DNA of 64,000 nucleotides, from the sequence record DRR723986_585; one strand, written 5' to 3'. Positions 50,643-60,723 of the stretch are shown piece after piece. Numbering within the stretch: position 1 is the first letter of the stretch; each line of letters opens with the position of its first letter. The notes under the pieces were generated by a model. That model searched no databases. It was not told where the DNA came from and worked only from the letters and a program-made list of their open reading frames with translations. A program made the translations under genes and the position numbers.

Positions 50643-51368
50643 TTAAAACCCTTCTTTAATTCTTTTGAAGTGTTCGAACTTTTCTTGAATATAACTAATT
50701 AACTCATAATCAGTAGCCATTTTAAGAAAATCTACATTCAGATTTAAGAAAACAATGAACTCATCATAGTCGGCTGAACTTAAATCAATGATGTCATTGT
50801 GCACGTATACTCGAAGGATTTCTTTTACAATATCATCTTGTTGATCTTGATATTCCATTTCGGCAACTTTCCTTTTAGTTTTCTCACGCTTGCTAAAAGC
50901 CACGTACAGGGCAGTTATTGGACTTTGGATGGCATTTGAAATGGTCACAACAGGTACTTCTCTTTTGGCAATCGCTGCACGTTCCTCTTTGAGTTGATCC
51001 AAGGTTTTTAATGGTTTAACAATCACCTCCTCTGAAGAAGTAAATTCAAGTGTCTCCACATATAAATCGATACGATAACTAGGTCTATACAAACTATCTT
51101 TGAATGAGAAGTAGATCGTTTGATAGCCTACCACAGAAACGCCAATCTGGTCAGATTTTCGCAGGGTGATTGAAAATGATCCATCATATTCTCCAAATAT
51201 TCCTTTACCCAAAGTTTTATTGACAACCACTAAATTGTAAAACCCTACGTTATAAGTGGTATCGTGCACTTGTCCATGCACTGTAATCAGTGAATCTGAA
51301 TAATTCGCCTTTTGGCTAAATCCAATTGAACAAAGTCCAACCAATACGATTAATAAAGCTAGTTTCAT
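50643..51368 (-). CDS. Exported protein with carboxypeptidase-regulatory-like N-terminal domain
   Basis: Signal peptide; VHGQVHD...DGSFSI...VSVVGYQT; SPITALY..FSK. Confidence 0.75.
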   Translation of the reverse strand: MKLALLIVLVGLCSIGFSQKANYSDSLITVHGQVHDTTYNVGFYNLVVVNKTLGKGIFGEYDGSFSITLRKSDQIGVSVVGYQTIYFSFKDSLYRPSYRIDLYVETLEFTSSEEVIVKPLKTLDQLKEERAAIAKREVPVVTISNAIQSPITALYVAFSKREKTKRKVAEMEYQDQQDDIVKEILRVYVHNDIIDLSSADYDEFIVFLNLNVDFLKMATDYELISYIQEKFEHFKRIKEGF

Positions 51369-51466
51369 TTGAATTTATAAAGTAACAAAAATTACTCCAA
51401 AGTTTATCCTAAAGAATGTTAAGCAAAAAATGTCTTTGATACAAAATGATTGAATAAATTTGTGCC

Positions 51467-52642
51467 ATGCAAACGGTCGTTGTAGGATTATCTGGAGGAG
51501 TAGACTCAAGTGTAGCAGCTTTTTTAATGAAAGAGGCAGGCTATAATGTCATTGGAATTTTTATGAAAAATTGGCATGACGAGTCGGTGACAATTTCTGA
51601 TGAATGTCCATGGATTGAGGATAGTCAGGACGCTTTATTAGTGGCCCAAAAATTAGGCATTCCTTTTCAAACGCTAGATTTAAGCGAAGATTATAAAGAT
51701 CGCATAGTCGATTATATGTTCAATGAATATGAGCAAGGAAGAACACCTAACCCGGATGTACTTTGTAACCGAGAAATAAAATTCGATATCTTTTTAAAGG
51801 AAGCTGAAAAATTAGGAGCTGACTTTGTTGCTACCGGGCATTATTGTCAAAAAGGTAAGCTTGATAACGGCATGTATCAATTGCTTGCGGGAGCTGATAA
51901 AAATAAAGATCAAAGCTATTTTTTATGTCAGTTATCACAAGAGCAACTGGCAAAAGCATTATTCCCAATTGGCGGCATGCAAAAATCGGAAGTTAGAAAA
52001 ATTGCTGCCGAACAAGATCTTATTACTGCCGATAAAAAAGACTCACAAGGCCTTTGCTTTATAGGAAAAGTAAAGCTTCCGACTTTTTTACAACAGCAAC
52101 TTCAACCAAAAAAGGGCGATATTGTTGAATTATCAGAAGATTTGGAGGAGCTGGTTAATTATCAATCTAAGTTAGATTCAGGAGATTATAAATTCTTATC
52201 GCAGCCATTTAACTTTAAGAAAACAGACGGAAAGGTAGTAGGACAGCACCAAGGCGCTCATTATTTTACTAATGGTCAACGGAAAGGATTAGGTGTTGGT
52301 GGTACTCCTCTCCCATTATTTGTTCTGCACCGTGATGTTTCTGAAAATGTAATTTATACTGGTCAAGGAGAACATCATCCCGGCTTGAATAAAAAAGCAT
52401 TATTCATTAAGAACTCTGAAATTCATTGGTTACGACCAGATTTAACTTTAGAAACCGGTGAAAACGCCGAGTATTTAGTTAGAATTAGGTACAGACAAGA
52501 TCTTGTTAAAGCCACCTTGTATAAAGAAGAAGATGGTTTATATATTTTGTTTGATGAATTGATGACTGGAATAGCTGCTGGACAGTTTGCAGCTTGGTAT
52601 TTAGAAAACGAAACAATAGGTTCAGGCGTCATTACCCATTAA
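51467..52642 (+). CDS. mnmA: tRNA 2-thiouridine(34) synthase MnmA
   Basis: [49 protein letters not shown]. Confidence 0.97.
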   Translation: MQTVVVGLSGGVDSSVAAFLMKEAGYNVIGIFMKNWHDESVTISDECPWIEDSQDALLVAQKLGIPFQTLDLSEDYKDRIVDYMFNEYEQGRTPNPDVLCNREIKFDIFLKEAEKLGADFVATGHYCQKGKLDNGMYQLLAGADKNKDQSYFLCQLSQEQLAKALFPIGGMQKSEVRKIAAEQDLITADKKDSQGLCFIGKVKLPTFLQQQLQPKKGDIVELSEDLEELVNYQSKLDSGDYKFLSQPFNFKKTDGKVVGQHQGAHYFTNGQRKGLGVGGTPLPLFVLHRDVSENVIYTGQGEHHPGLNKKALFIKNSEIHWLRPDLTLETGENAEYLVRIRYRQDLVKATLYKEEDGLYILFDELMTGIAAGQFAAWYLENETIGSGVITH

Positions 52643-52670
52643 AAAAAGCCGCCCTAAAAAAGGACGGCTT
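52641..52670 (-). terminator. Intrinsic terminator between convergent genes
   Basis: aagccgccct-aaaa-aggacggctt hairpin with an A-run on its left. Confidence 0.7.
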
Positions 52671-52697
52671 AATTATAACCAAATAGCAATTAAACTG

Positions 52698-52889
52698 CTA
52701 ATTCAAACTTATTCTTCCGATCAAATGATCTGGTGTGATTCTTGCTTCATCAGCCATACCGTTAACAATGTCGTGTAATTCTGCAACCTGCGATATACTT
52801 AAATTAGATTGAGAACCTAAATGCTTATGTCTCTGCAATTTCAATTGCGCCGACTTAATAATTGTATTTCTAATTTCTTCTAAATTCAT
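52698..52889 (-). CDS. Small hypothetical protein (63 aa)
   Basis: Fills an otherwise empty gap; ATG with A-rich leader; downstream terminator oriented for it. Confidence 0.6.
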   Translation of the reverse strand: MNLEEIRNTIIKSAQLKLQRHKHLGSQSNLSISQVAELHDIVNGMADEARITPDHLIGRISLN

Positions 52890-52980
52890 GACTTTCAGTT
52901 TTACTTATGACTGCTCCAAATCTTACGGTAGACTTTTTGAAAAGGTTCGAATAAATCATAAGAAATTTCGAATATGGGAG

Positions 52981-52997
52981 TTCAAAAGCTGTGCCAA
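52981..52997 (-). promoter_or_regulatory. Putative sigma54 -24/-12 promoter
   Basis: Minus strand TTGGCACAGCTTTTGAA (GG-N10-GA), upstream of the 63-aa gene. Confidence 0.5.
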
Positions 52998-53119
52998 ACC
53001 TGGTCAACCCGCATAAAATCAAAGAATAACGAACTGAATTACAGTCACTTAATTTACTCTACCATTTCCATAGAATTTGAGTAAATAAATACTTATATTT
53101 GGGGGAATTCACTTACTTC

Positions 53120-56100
53120 ATGATTCTTACTCAAGAAGAAATAGCGACCATTGATCTGAGCAACTTAGAGGCTTGGAAAATTGTTCGTACCGATCCTACG
53201 AAAACGGTACTCATTGCTAAAGAGAATCTTAAACGTTCACAAGAATTAGAATACGCAAAAGGAATCGCTTGGTCATATGGCAACTTGGGTGCGGCAAACG
53301 TGTGGTTAAGTGATTATGAAAAAGCTTTATCCTATTGTTTTCAGGCAGTTGACTTATTAAATCAATGTGGTGAGTTTAAACAAGAGGTTCAACTCCACTA
53401 TTATCTTTCAATTGTATTTTATTTCTTAGGAGATAGCGCTAAACAGCTAGAGCATGCTGAACGATCATTGGCTCGTGCTAGTGATATTGATGACCTACAT
53501 GGCCAGGCCAATGCCTTTAACGGAATTGGTACTGTTCATTATACCAACGGTGACAATGAAGCCGCAATTGAGAATTTAAATAAAGGACTTGAATTAGCAA
53601 TACAGGGTGAAGATTTGGCCTTGTTGGCAAGAATTTATGATGGTTTAGGTAACAGCTATACCAACCTAGAAAAATATGACGAGGCGCTTGAATACATGAA
53701 TAAGGCCCTTGAGATTCTTGAGAAAATTGATGTCAAACAAACGCTCTCCTATGCGCATGATGGAACCGGAACCATTTATGCAAAACTGAAGAACTATCCT
53801 AAAGCATTAGAACATTTTACTATTTCTTTCAAACTAAGAGAAGAAATGGGATTCAAAGATGGTATGGGTACCACCAAATTGCATATGGGAGAAACCTACT
53901 CTCTTGCTGGTGACAATCTATCGGCGGTTCAAAGTTTTAAAGATGCGCTTGAAATTGGAAATGAACTGGGATCATTTGAACTCATTTACAAATCGCACGA
54001 AGGATTGTCAGAGTTGTACGAGGACATGGGGAATTTGACCTTATTCGTAAAACATTTCAAAGCTTTTCATTCAGCAAAACAAAGCTTTTTTAACGAAGCT
54101 GAAGATAAAAAGATAAAAGCCTTTGAGTTAAAAGGACGACTGGATCAAATCCAAAAAGAGAAAGACGATTTAGAACGTAAAAATGCACAACTAGAAAATT
54201 ACTTCAAGGATGTTCAAACCCTAAGTAGTATAGGTCAAGAGATCACTTCTACCCTTGACATTGAAGCAATTTTCCAAATTATCTATGAGCGCATTAACTC
54301 TTTAATGGATGCGCAAGGGATTTTTATCGGTGTTTGTAATTATGATGAAAATAAGCTTGAAGTTAAGCTAGCTATTGATGGTGGTACAAGGGATGCCTAT
54401 TTTGAATATTCACTTGATGATCGAAAATTATCTAACTATACGGTAAAAACGGGCAAACATGTACATATAGGTGATTATCAAAATGAGGTCACTAAATACA
54501 TAAAAGAAGGTGAAGTATTGTTGCATAACGCACCAGAGTCTGTAATTGTATTACCCCTGTCAGTTAAAGAAACAACGATTGGGATACTTTATGCGCAAAG
54601 TGATAAAAAGAATGCCTTTACGAAACATCACCTAAATATTCTAACCAGTTTTGCTTCTTACCTTTCAATTGCAATTGATAACGCTGATCTCTATGAAAAG
54701 ATGGATGCCAAAGTTCAAGAGCGAACTGTTGAACTCCAAAAAACATACGAGAATTCAGAACTACTGAATAAAATTGGACAAGAGTTAATTTCTACCCTTG
54801 ATTTTGAAAGTGTTTTTGAAAGATTGTATCAAAATGTAAATAAATTAATGGACGCCTCAGTATTTGGGGTGAGATTAGTTGACTTTGAAAGAGCTGTCAT
54901 TGAGTATCCCTTTGAATATGAAAAAGGAGTTCGATTAGAGCCAGGAGAGGCTGACTTCAATAATGAGAATAATTACTCAGCCGTTTGCATTAAAAAGAAT
55001 GAACCGATTCTAATCAATGATAACCGCGCCGAATATTCAAAATGGGTAAATGAAATCTTTGTCGTTGATGGAGAAATGCCTGAGTCGTTAATATTCTACC
55101 CGCTTGAGGTAGATGGAAAAGTAATAGGATGTATCAGTTCGCAATCTTTTGCGAAGAACGCCTATACTCCTTACCACTTGACGATTGTTAAAACGCTTGC
55201 TCAATATACCTCGCTAGCACTTAAAAATGCTAAAAATTATGAGGTAATGGAAGACAAAGTTCGTGAAAGAACAAAAGAAATTACAAAAACCTATGAAGAC
55301 TCAAAATTACTGAGTGAAATAGGAAAATCAATTACTTCTCAATTAAGTGTTGAAGCAATTATCGAAGTAGCATACAAAAACATTAACCAGTTAATGGATG
55401 CTGAAGGATTTGGAATTGGAATCTATAAAGAAGATGCAAATGCTCTTGCTTTCCCAGGCTACATTGAAAGTGGTCAACGATTGGATGGCGCAGATTATGA
55501 TTTAAATGACATGGACCGTATGGCCTGTGTTTGCTTCAATAGAGATGAAGAATTGATCCTAAATGACTTTGAAAATGACTATTATAAATACATCAATAAG
55601 TATTTGGAACCTAGAGTTGGAAGATCTGTTTCTTCTTTGATTTATTTGCCATTGAAAGCAAAAGGAAGAAAAATTGGAGTAATTACGGTTCAAAGTTTTA
55701 AAACAAACTCTTATTCTGAATATCAGGTGAACATGCTCCGTTCGATAGCTTTGTACACAGGAATTGGAATGGATAATGCCAGTCTCTATGAGCAAATGGA
55801 CGAAAAAGTTCAGGCTAGAACCGCTGAACTTCAAACAACCTACGACAATTCAGAACTTCTTAATAAAATTGGTCAAGAATTAATTTCCTCTCTAGACTTT
55901 GAAAATGTATTTGAAAGATTATACGCTAACGTAAATAAATTGATGGATGCCACTGTATTTGGAGTCCGAATTTATGACAAAGAAGCCAACATGATCCGCT
56001 ATCCTTTTGAATATGAAAAAGGCAGAAGATTAGGGGTTATGGAGGCTACAATGGATAATGACAACAATTATTCAGTAGTTTGTATTAAGAAAGATGAACC

Positions 56101-58258
56101 CATTTTGATCAATGATAATGTCACAGAATATAAAAAATGGGTGAATGAGATTGTTGTGATGGACGGGGAAATGCCAAGTTCATTAATCTTTTTCCCACTT
56201 CGCGGAAAGGATGGCGTTTTAGGTGTCATCTCAGTTCAATCTTTTGATAAAAATGCCTATTCACCTTATCACCTTACTATTGTGCAAACTCTCGCTCAAT
56301 ACACAGTTCTGGCTTTGGAAAACGCTAGAAGTTTTGAAGTGATGGAAGAAAAGGTGAAAGAAAGAACGGCTGAAATTCAAAAGGCCTTTGAAAACACTGA
56401 CTTATTGAGTCGAATTTCGAAAGAAATTGCTGCGGAATTATCAGTTGAAGATATCATTTCAAAAGTATATTCCAACGTGAATAATTTAATGGACGCTGAA
56501 GTTTTTGGAATTGCTATTCACCGACCAGAATCGGATGATTTATTCTTCCAAGGCGCAATGGAGAAAGGCACACGATTGTCTGATTTTAGTTATCCTTTAT
56601 CAGATGAAAAAATATCTACCATTTCCTTTAAACAGAATAAAGAAATTCTCATCAATGATTGGAAAAATGAGTATCAACAATATTTAGAAGAGGATTACCA
56701 AGCAGTTGAAGGAGATATGCCTGAATCAATGATTTACATCCCATTATCTTCAAAAGGAAACTTGATTGGGGTATTAACGGTACAAAGTTTTGAAGTTGAC
56801 GCTTACTCTGATAATGACCTTAATATTTTACGTGCAATATCTGTAAGTATAGGCTCAGCAATTGAAAATGCTAATCTTTATAAAGGTTTAGAAGACCGGG
56901 TAAAAGAAAGAACAGAGGAAATTAATCAGGCTTATCAGAACACGAAATTGATGAGCCAGATATCGAAAGATATCGCACAGTCCTTGGAAATTGAAACCAT
57001 TATCAGCTCAGTATATAAAAACATCAATACCCTGATGGATGCCACCTGCTTTGGTGTGGGTATTTTTGATCCTGAGAAGAAAAGAATCTCTATGCCTGGA
57101 TTCATAGAAAATGGCGCAAAAATGGAAGAGTTTGGGTACGAACTTTCTGATGAGAGACTGGCGACTTACTGCTTTAACAACAACGAGGAAATCGTGATTT
57201 CAAATTATTTTGAGGAATACTCGAAATATATAAAAGGACTGCAAGCCCCTGTTTCAGGTAAAGACTCTACCTCTATCGTCTATATACCAATTAGTTTAAA
57301 GGATAAAATAGTGGGATTGTTGACAGTTCAAAGTTATGAAGTAGCAGCCTACACAGAATATCATGTAGATATTTTAAGAAGTTTGGCAACAACTATTGGC
57401 GCTGCTCTAGAAAATTCTAGACTCTATGAGAACATGGAAGATAAAGTAAGGGAAAGAACAGCTGAGCTTTATCAACAAAAAGAGATCATTGAAGAAAAAA
57501 ATAAACACATCACTGACAGTATCATCTATGCCAAACGAATTCAAGATGCTACGCTGCCAAGTGCAGGATTAGTAAGATCTCATTTGCCTGAATCGTTCGT
57601 GTTGTTTAAACCAAAAGATATCGTTTCTGGAGATTTTTATTGGATAAGTGCTGTTGGAGACGAAGTGTTGTTTTCAGTAGTAGATTGTACTGGACATGGT
57701 GTTCCTGGAGCATTTTTAAGCTTAATTGGTCATAACAGCTTGAATCAGATTGTGAATGAATTATCAATTACACAACCGTCTGAAATACTGTATACTTTAG
57801 ATAAAATTGTTTACAAGACCTTGCAGAACAATCTTGAAACTACCAATATTAAGGATGGCATGGATATGTCCATCTGTAGTTATAATAAAATCACCAAAAA
57901 ACTACAATTCTCTGGTGCCTACAATCCACTTTACTTAGTGAGAGAAGGTGAATTAACCGAAATTAAAGGAGATAAGATTGCTATTGGATCGGGACAAACT
58001 GAAAAGAAATACACGAATAACGAAATTCAATTAGAATCTGGAGATTGTATTTACTTGTCTTCTGACGGCTATGCTGATCAATTTGGAGGTGAAAAAGGTA
58101 AGAAATTCAAATACTCAAATTTCAAAAAATTGTTGGTAATGAATCATCTTCAATCCATGTCAAGACAGCATGACATTTTAGAAATGACAATTGATGAATG
58201 GCAAGGTGATCTTGAGCAACTAGATGACGTTTGCGTCATTGGCGTAAGAATTGACTAA
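53120..58258 (+). CDS. Soluble TPR + six GAF + SpoIIE/RsbU-type PP2C phosphatase
   Basis: N-terminal TPRs; six units of about 182 aa ending N..Y/F..(M/L)..(K/R)V..RT; VSGDFY, DCTGHGVPGA, DGMD, SDG, DDVC. ATG 53120 follows TATATTTG at 53094. Confidence 0.92.
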   Translation: MILTQEEIATIDLSNLEAWKIVRTDPTKTVLIAKENLKRSQELEYAKGIAWSYGNLGAANVWLSDYEKALSYCFQAVDLLNQCGEFKQEVQLHYYLSIVFYFLGDSAKQLEHAERSLARASDIDDLHGQANAFNGIGTVHYTNGDNEAAIENLNKGLELAIQGEDLALLARIYDGLGNSYTNLEKYDEALEYMNKALEILEKIDVKQTLSYAHDGTGTIYAKLKNYPKALEHFTISFKLREEMGFKDGMGTTKLHMGETYSLAGDNLSAVQSFKDALEIGNELGSFELIYKSHEGLSELYEDMGNLTLFVKHFKAFHSAKQSFFNEAEDKKIKAFELKGRLDQIQKEKDDLERKNAQLENYFKDVQTLSSIGQEITSTLDIEAIFQIIYERINSLMDAQGIFIGVCNYDENKLEVKLAIDGGTRDAYFEYSLDDRKLSNYTVKTGKHVHIGDYQNEVTKYIKEGEVLLHNAPESVIVLPLSVKETTIGILYAQSDKKNAFTKHHLNILTSFASYLSIAIDNADLYEKMDAKVQERTVELQKTYENSELLNKIGQELISTLDFESVFERLYQNVNKLMDASVFGVRLVDFERAVIEYPFEYEKGVRLEPGEADFNNENNYSAVCIKKNEPILINDNRAEYSKWVNEIFVVDGEMPESLIFYPLEVDGKVIGCISSQSFAKNAYTPYHLTIVKTLAQYTSLALKNAKNYEVMEDKVRERTKEITKTYEDSKLLSEIGKSITSQLSVEAIIEVAYKNINQLMDAEGFGIGIYKEDANALAFPGYIESGQRLDGADYDLNDMDRMACVCFNRDEELILNDFENDYYKYINKYLEPRVGRSVSSLIYLPLKAKGRKIGVITVQSFKTNSYSEYQVNMLRSIALYTGIGMDNASLYEQMDEKVQARTAELQTTYDNSELLNKIGQELISSLDFENVFERLYANVNKLMDATVFGVRIYDKEANMIRYPFEYEKGRRLGVMEATMDNDNNYSVVCIKKDEPILINDNVTEYKKWVNEIVVMDGEMPSSLIFFPLRGKDGVLGVISVQSFDKNAYSPYHLTIVQTLAQYTVLALENARSFEVMEEKVKERTAEIQKAFENTDLLSRISKEIAAELSVEDIISKVYSNVNNLMDAEVFGIAIHRPESDDLFFQGAMEKGTRLSDFSYPLSDEKISTISFKQNKEILINDWKNEYQQYLEEDYQAVEGDMPESMIYIPLSSKGNLIGVLTVQSFEVDAYSDNDLNILRAISVSIGSAIENANLYKGLEDRVKERTEEINQAYQNTKLMSQISKDIAQSLEIETIISSVYKNINTLMDATCFGVGIFDPEKKRISMPGFIENGAKMEEFGYELSDERLATYCFNNNEEIVISNYFEEYSKYIKGLQAPVSGKDSTSIVYIPISLKDKIVGLLTVQSYEVAAYTEYHVDILRSLATTIGAALENSRLYENMEDKVRERTAELYQQKEIIEEKNKHITDSIIYAKRIQDATLPSAGLVRSHLPESFVLFKPKDIVSGDFYWISAVGDEVLFSVVDCTGHGVPGAFLSLIGHNSLNQIVNELSITQPSEILYTLDKIVYKTLQNNLETTNIKDGMDMSICSYNKITKKLQFSGAYNPLYLVREGELTEIKGDKIAIGSGQTEKKYTNNEIQLESGDCIYLSSDGYADQFGGEKGKKFKYSNFKKLLVMNHLQSMSRQHDILEMTIDEWQGDLEQLDDVCVIGVRID

Positions 58259-58342
58259 GCCAATTACGCAATAAATCAGTTTAGACTGAGCGTGGACAAA
58301 GTGAGTCGAAGTCTTTACGTCTTTGGTGTAAGAATCGACTAA
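58230..58342 (+). repeat. 29-bp imperfect direct repeat (25/29) flanking a REP-like element
   Basis: tttgcgtcattggcgtaagaattgactaa (58230-58258) vs tttacgtctttggtgtaagaatcgactaa (58314-58342); insert contains gtttagactgagcg...agtcgaagtc. Confidence 0.8.
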
Positions 58343-58344
58343 AC

Positions 58345-59160
58345 TTATCTATACTTATAAGCATTCTCCTTCATATCTTTTCGGATACGATCTGCCCAAT
58401 CAACTGTCAAATAAGGAATTATGATGGAATCACATTGACACATTGATACTGGAATAATCGAAAAACTCTGGGTCCCTTCACTGTGTTGAATTCTAAATTC
58501 ATGATCTTGGCCACCTTCTTTAAATTTTATTGTCTTGTAGCCCCTTGAAATATTGATTGCGTCTGCCCTATTCAATGACATGGTTTGATCATTGATAAAT
58601 TGAATATTTTGATAAGGTTTAAAATTCAATGAGTCAATATCAGAAAATCCATTGTATAATTCAGTGTGAAAAGTATCCAATTCAAAAAGGTGAGTAATTG
58701 AAGACGGGTTGAAACCATAATCATCCAACTCTTTCAAGGTAGCATAATCAACTTCCATCCTATCTGTTATTGAAGTCACCCTAGAATACATTTTAACGAA
58801 GGTTTTATTGATAAAATGCATGGTAAAAACTAATGTATCATATTTATCATTGGTGAATGAATAATTAGTTTCTAGTTTCTTTTTGCCCACTATGTAGGTG
58901 ATTTGTCTATCATCAATTTTAACATCAAATTCATCTGATTTTGAATAAGGATAAAAGTAAATGCTGATGTTATTGGGAGTAATAACTAAGAATTCCTCAT
59001 TGGGAAGAAAATAGTTTTTACCGTCATAAGAGTCTTGATCTTGATACAAATCAATTCCCATCCAATTTCCTGGTAGATTTTTCTGGGCCTCACCAGTTTG
59101 TGCAAGGGATTGAAATGAAGATAAAATTGCAATTACAAGGCAAATTCGAGCAAAAGTCAT
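58345..59160 (-). CDS. Hypothetical exported protein
   Basis: Signal peptide from ATG 59160; LPGNW lipocalin-like start. Confidence 0.75.
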   Translation of the reverse strand: MTFARICLVIAILSSFQSLAQTGEAQKNLPGNWMGIDLYQDQDSYDGKNYFLPNEEFLVITPNNISIYFYPYSKSDEFDVKIDDRQITYIVGKKKLETNYSFTNDKYDTLVFTMHFINKTFVKMYSRVTSITDRMEVDYATLKELDDYGFNPSSITHLFELDTFHTELYNGFSDIDSLNFKPYQNIQFINDQTMSLNRADAINISRGYKTIKFKEGGQDHEFRIQHSEGTQSFSIIPVSMCQCDSIIIPYLTVDWADRIRKDMKENAYKYR

Positions 59161-59211
59161 CTTTTTTTCATCAAATATAATGCAAACATCATTAAATGAT
59201 GTCAAATAAGT

Positions 59212-59907
59212 TTACTTGCTTTCTTTTTTCAAAATTTGAGATAAAAACATACCATAGTTCTCTTTATACTCAGATATCCAAGCGTTTTTGAACGAACCTT
59301 TCACCAAATTAAAGTAGAAAAACCTTGGTTTCATTCCATCCTTAATATGGATATGTTCATGTGCCCCTCTTGACTTGGAACCCAAGAGTAAATGTATTCT
59401 TTGGTCATCAATAAACTCGTAAGAATGGTAAGTTAACCCATGTACAATGAACTCAGAATCGTTTAGAGATATTGGGTAACCCGAAATTGATTGATGATAT
59501 CCAAGTAAACCGAATAAATAAATGGTATTAGATTGTGAGAGTGAGTAATTCTCATCACGATCTTCCATTCTCAACCAATAGGTAGAAATTGAAATAAACT
59601 TTTGATCACCAATTGATTCTAAATCAGATTCGGTAACCCTGAAACCACTAGCTCCTAGCCTGTTTGCCTTTTCCTTTAATTCTTTAAAACATTCACCAAT
59701 CATTCCTGGGATAATGGTATCGAATTCAACGGTGATGTCTGCCACCCAAACGAGTTTCGTTGAATCAAAATCATCATGTATATAATCAAATACCGTAGTG
59801 CTGCGATACTTTTCAAAATCTCGGTTAAAGGCATTGACTCTCGTTTTCTGTGAAAAAGAATTGACAGAAAATAAGACAAAACAAAAGAATGCAATTTTAT
59901 TAAACAC
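59212..59907 (-). CDS. Hypothetical exported protein
   Basis: GTG start and signal peptide; LKEKANRLGA resembles YbjQ-like motifs. Confidence 0.75.
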   Translation of the reverse strand: MFNKIAFFCFVLFSVNSFSQKTRVNAFNRDFEKYRSTTVFDYIHDDFDSTKLVWVADITVEFDTIIPGMIGECFKELKEKANRLGASGFRVTESDLESIGDQKFISISTYWLRMEDRDENYSLSQSNTIYLFGLLGYHQSISGYPISLNDSEFIVHGLTYHSYEFIDDQRIHLLLGSKSRGAHEHIHIKDGMKPRFFYFNLVKGSFKNAWISEYKENYGMFLSQILKKESK

Positions 59908-59935
59908 TGTGAGTAGCTGTTTTTAATTGAAGTTA

Positions 59936-59952
59936 AACGAAAATTGTGCCAA
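59936..59952 (-). promoter_or_regulatory. Putative sigma54 -24/-12 promoter
   Basis: Minus strand TTGGCACAATTTTCGTT (GG-N10-GT), 28 nt upstream of GTG 59907. Confidence 0.4.
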
Positions 59953-60011
59953 ATGGTTCACTAATTCTATGAATCTGGGCTATTTCTAGATGATTGATAT
60001 CATTGCCAAGA

Positions 60012-60605
60012 CTATTCAACTTTTCCTTTTAATGCTATAATGGCATCATAGGGTCCATCTACAATAAACATATTGATAATCCAAGTTGGTAAGCTTCCAC
60101 CTGGATCTGCCAAGAATTGATAATGCAACTCAGTTTTTGTTTCGCTAATTGAAGTCAATTTCCAAAATCCATCTGCAGCCGGCATTCGCACCACTCCACT
60201 AACATTAGGTTTACCGGTCGATTTTGTGAAATTTAGTACCGTTATCCCTTTGTCATTATCAACATCCACAGAAAGCAACATCACGGCGTCTCTGTCTGAA
60301 GCTGGCCATGGCAAATCTAAACGATAATAATACTTGCGTTGAGTTGAACTTATTTTCTCAACCAACTTAGCATCAGAACAATCTGGAAACCAATTAGGAT
60401 AATCTGTCACACGAGCAATTACTTTGGCAATAGCCAATCTAGATGCGTTAATGGTTGAAATGGCTTTAAATTCTAAAATGTCTGTACCAGCAGATTTGCG
60501 GGTATACACTTTAATTCCATCTTCATTTTTTTCGAGGGTCCAATCAGAACAGAAACTAAGCGAACAATAAAAAACAAAACAAACAGAAAGAAAAAATCTG
60601 TGCAT
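60012..60605 (-). CDS. Exported START domain protein
   Basis: WTLEKNEDGIKVY, LPWPASDRD, DPGGSLPTW. Confidence 0.9.
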   Translation of the reverse strand: MHRFFLSVCFVFYCSLSFCSDWTLEKNEDGIKVYTRKSAGTDILEFKAISTINASRLAIAKVIARVTDYPNWFPDCSDAKLVEKISSTQRKYYYRLDLPWPASDRDAVMLLSVDVDNDKGITVLNFTKSTGKPNVSGVVRMPAADGFWKLTSISETKTELHYQFLADPGGSLPTWIINMFIVDGPYDAIIALKGKVE

Positions 60606-60723
60606 ATAATGACAATGTTATTGTTATCTCCTCATAAAATTAAAACAATTTAAAACTGAATCAACTAAAATCTACAGTTAAATAACCTGCTCCCAATAAA
60701 TCACAAGTTTTTACCATTTTTTT

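Noticed and set aside
51452-51468. Minus-strand TGGCAC as a third sigma54 promoter
   Set aside because: No -12 box, and the sequence is explained by the mnmA -7 element and start codon.
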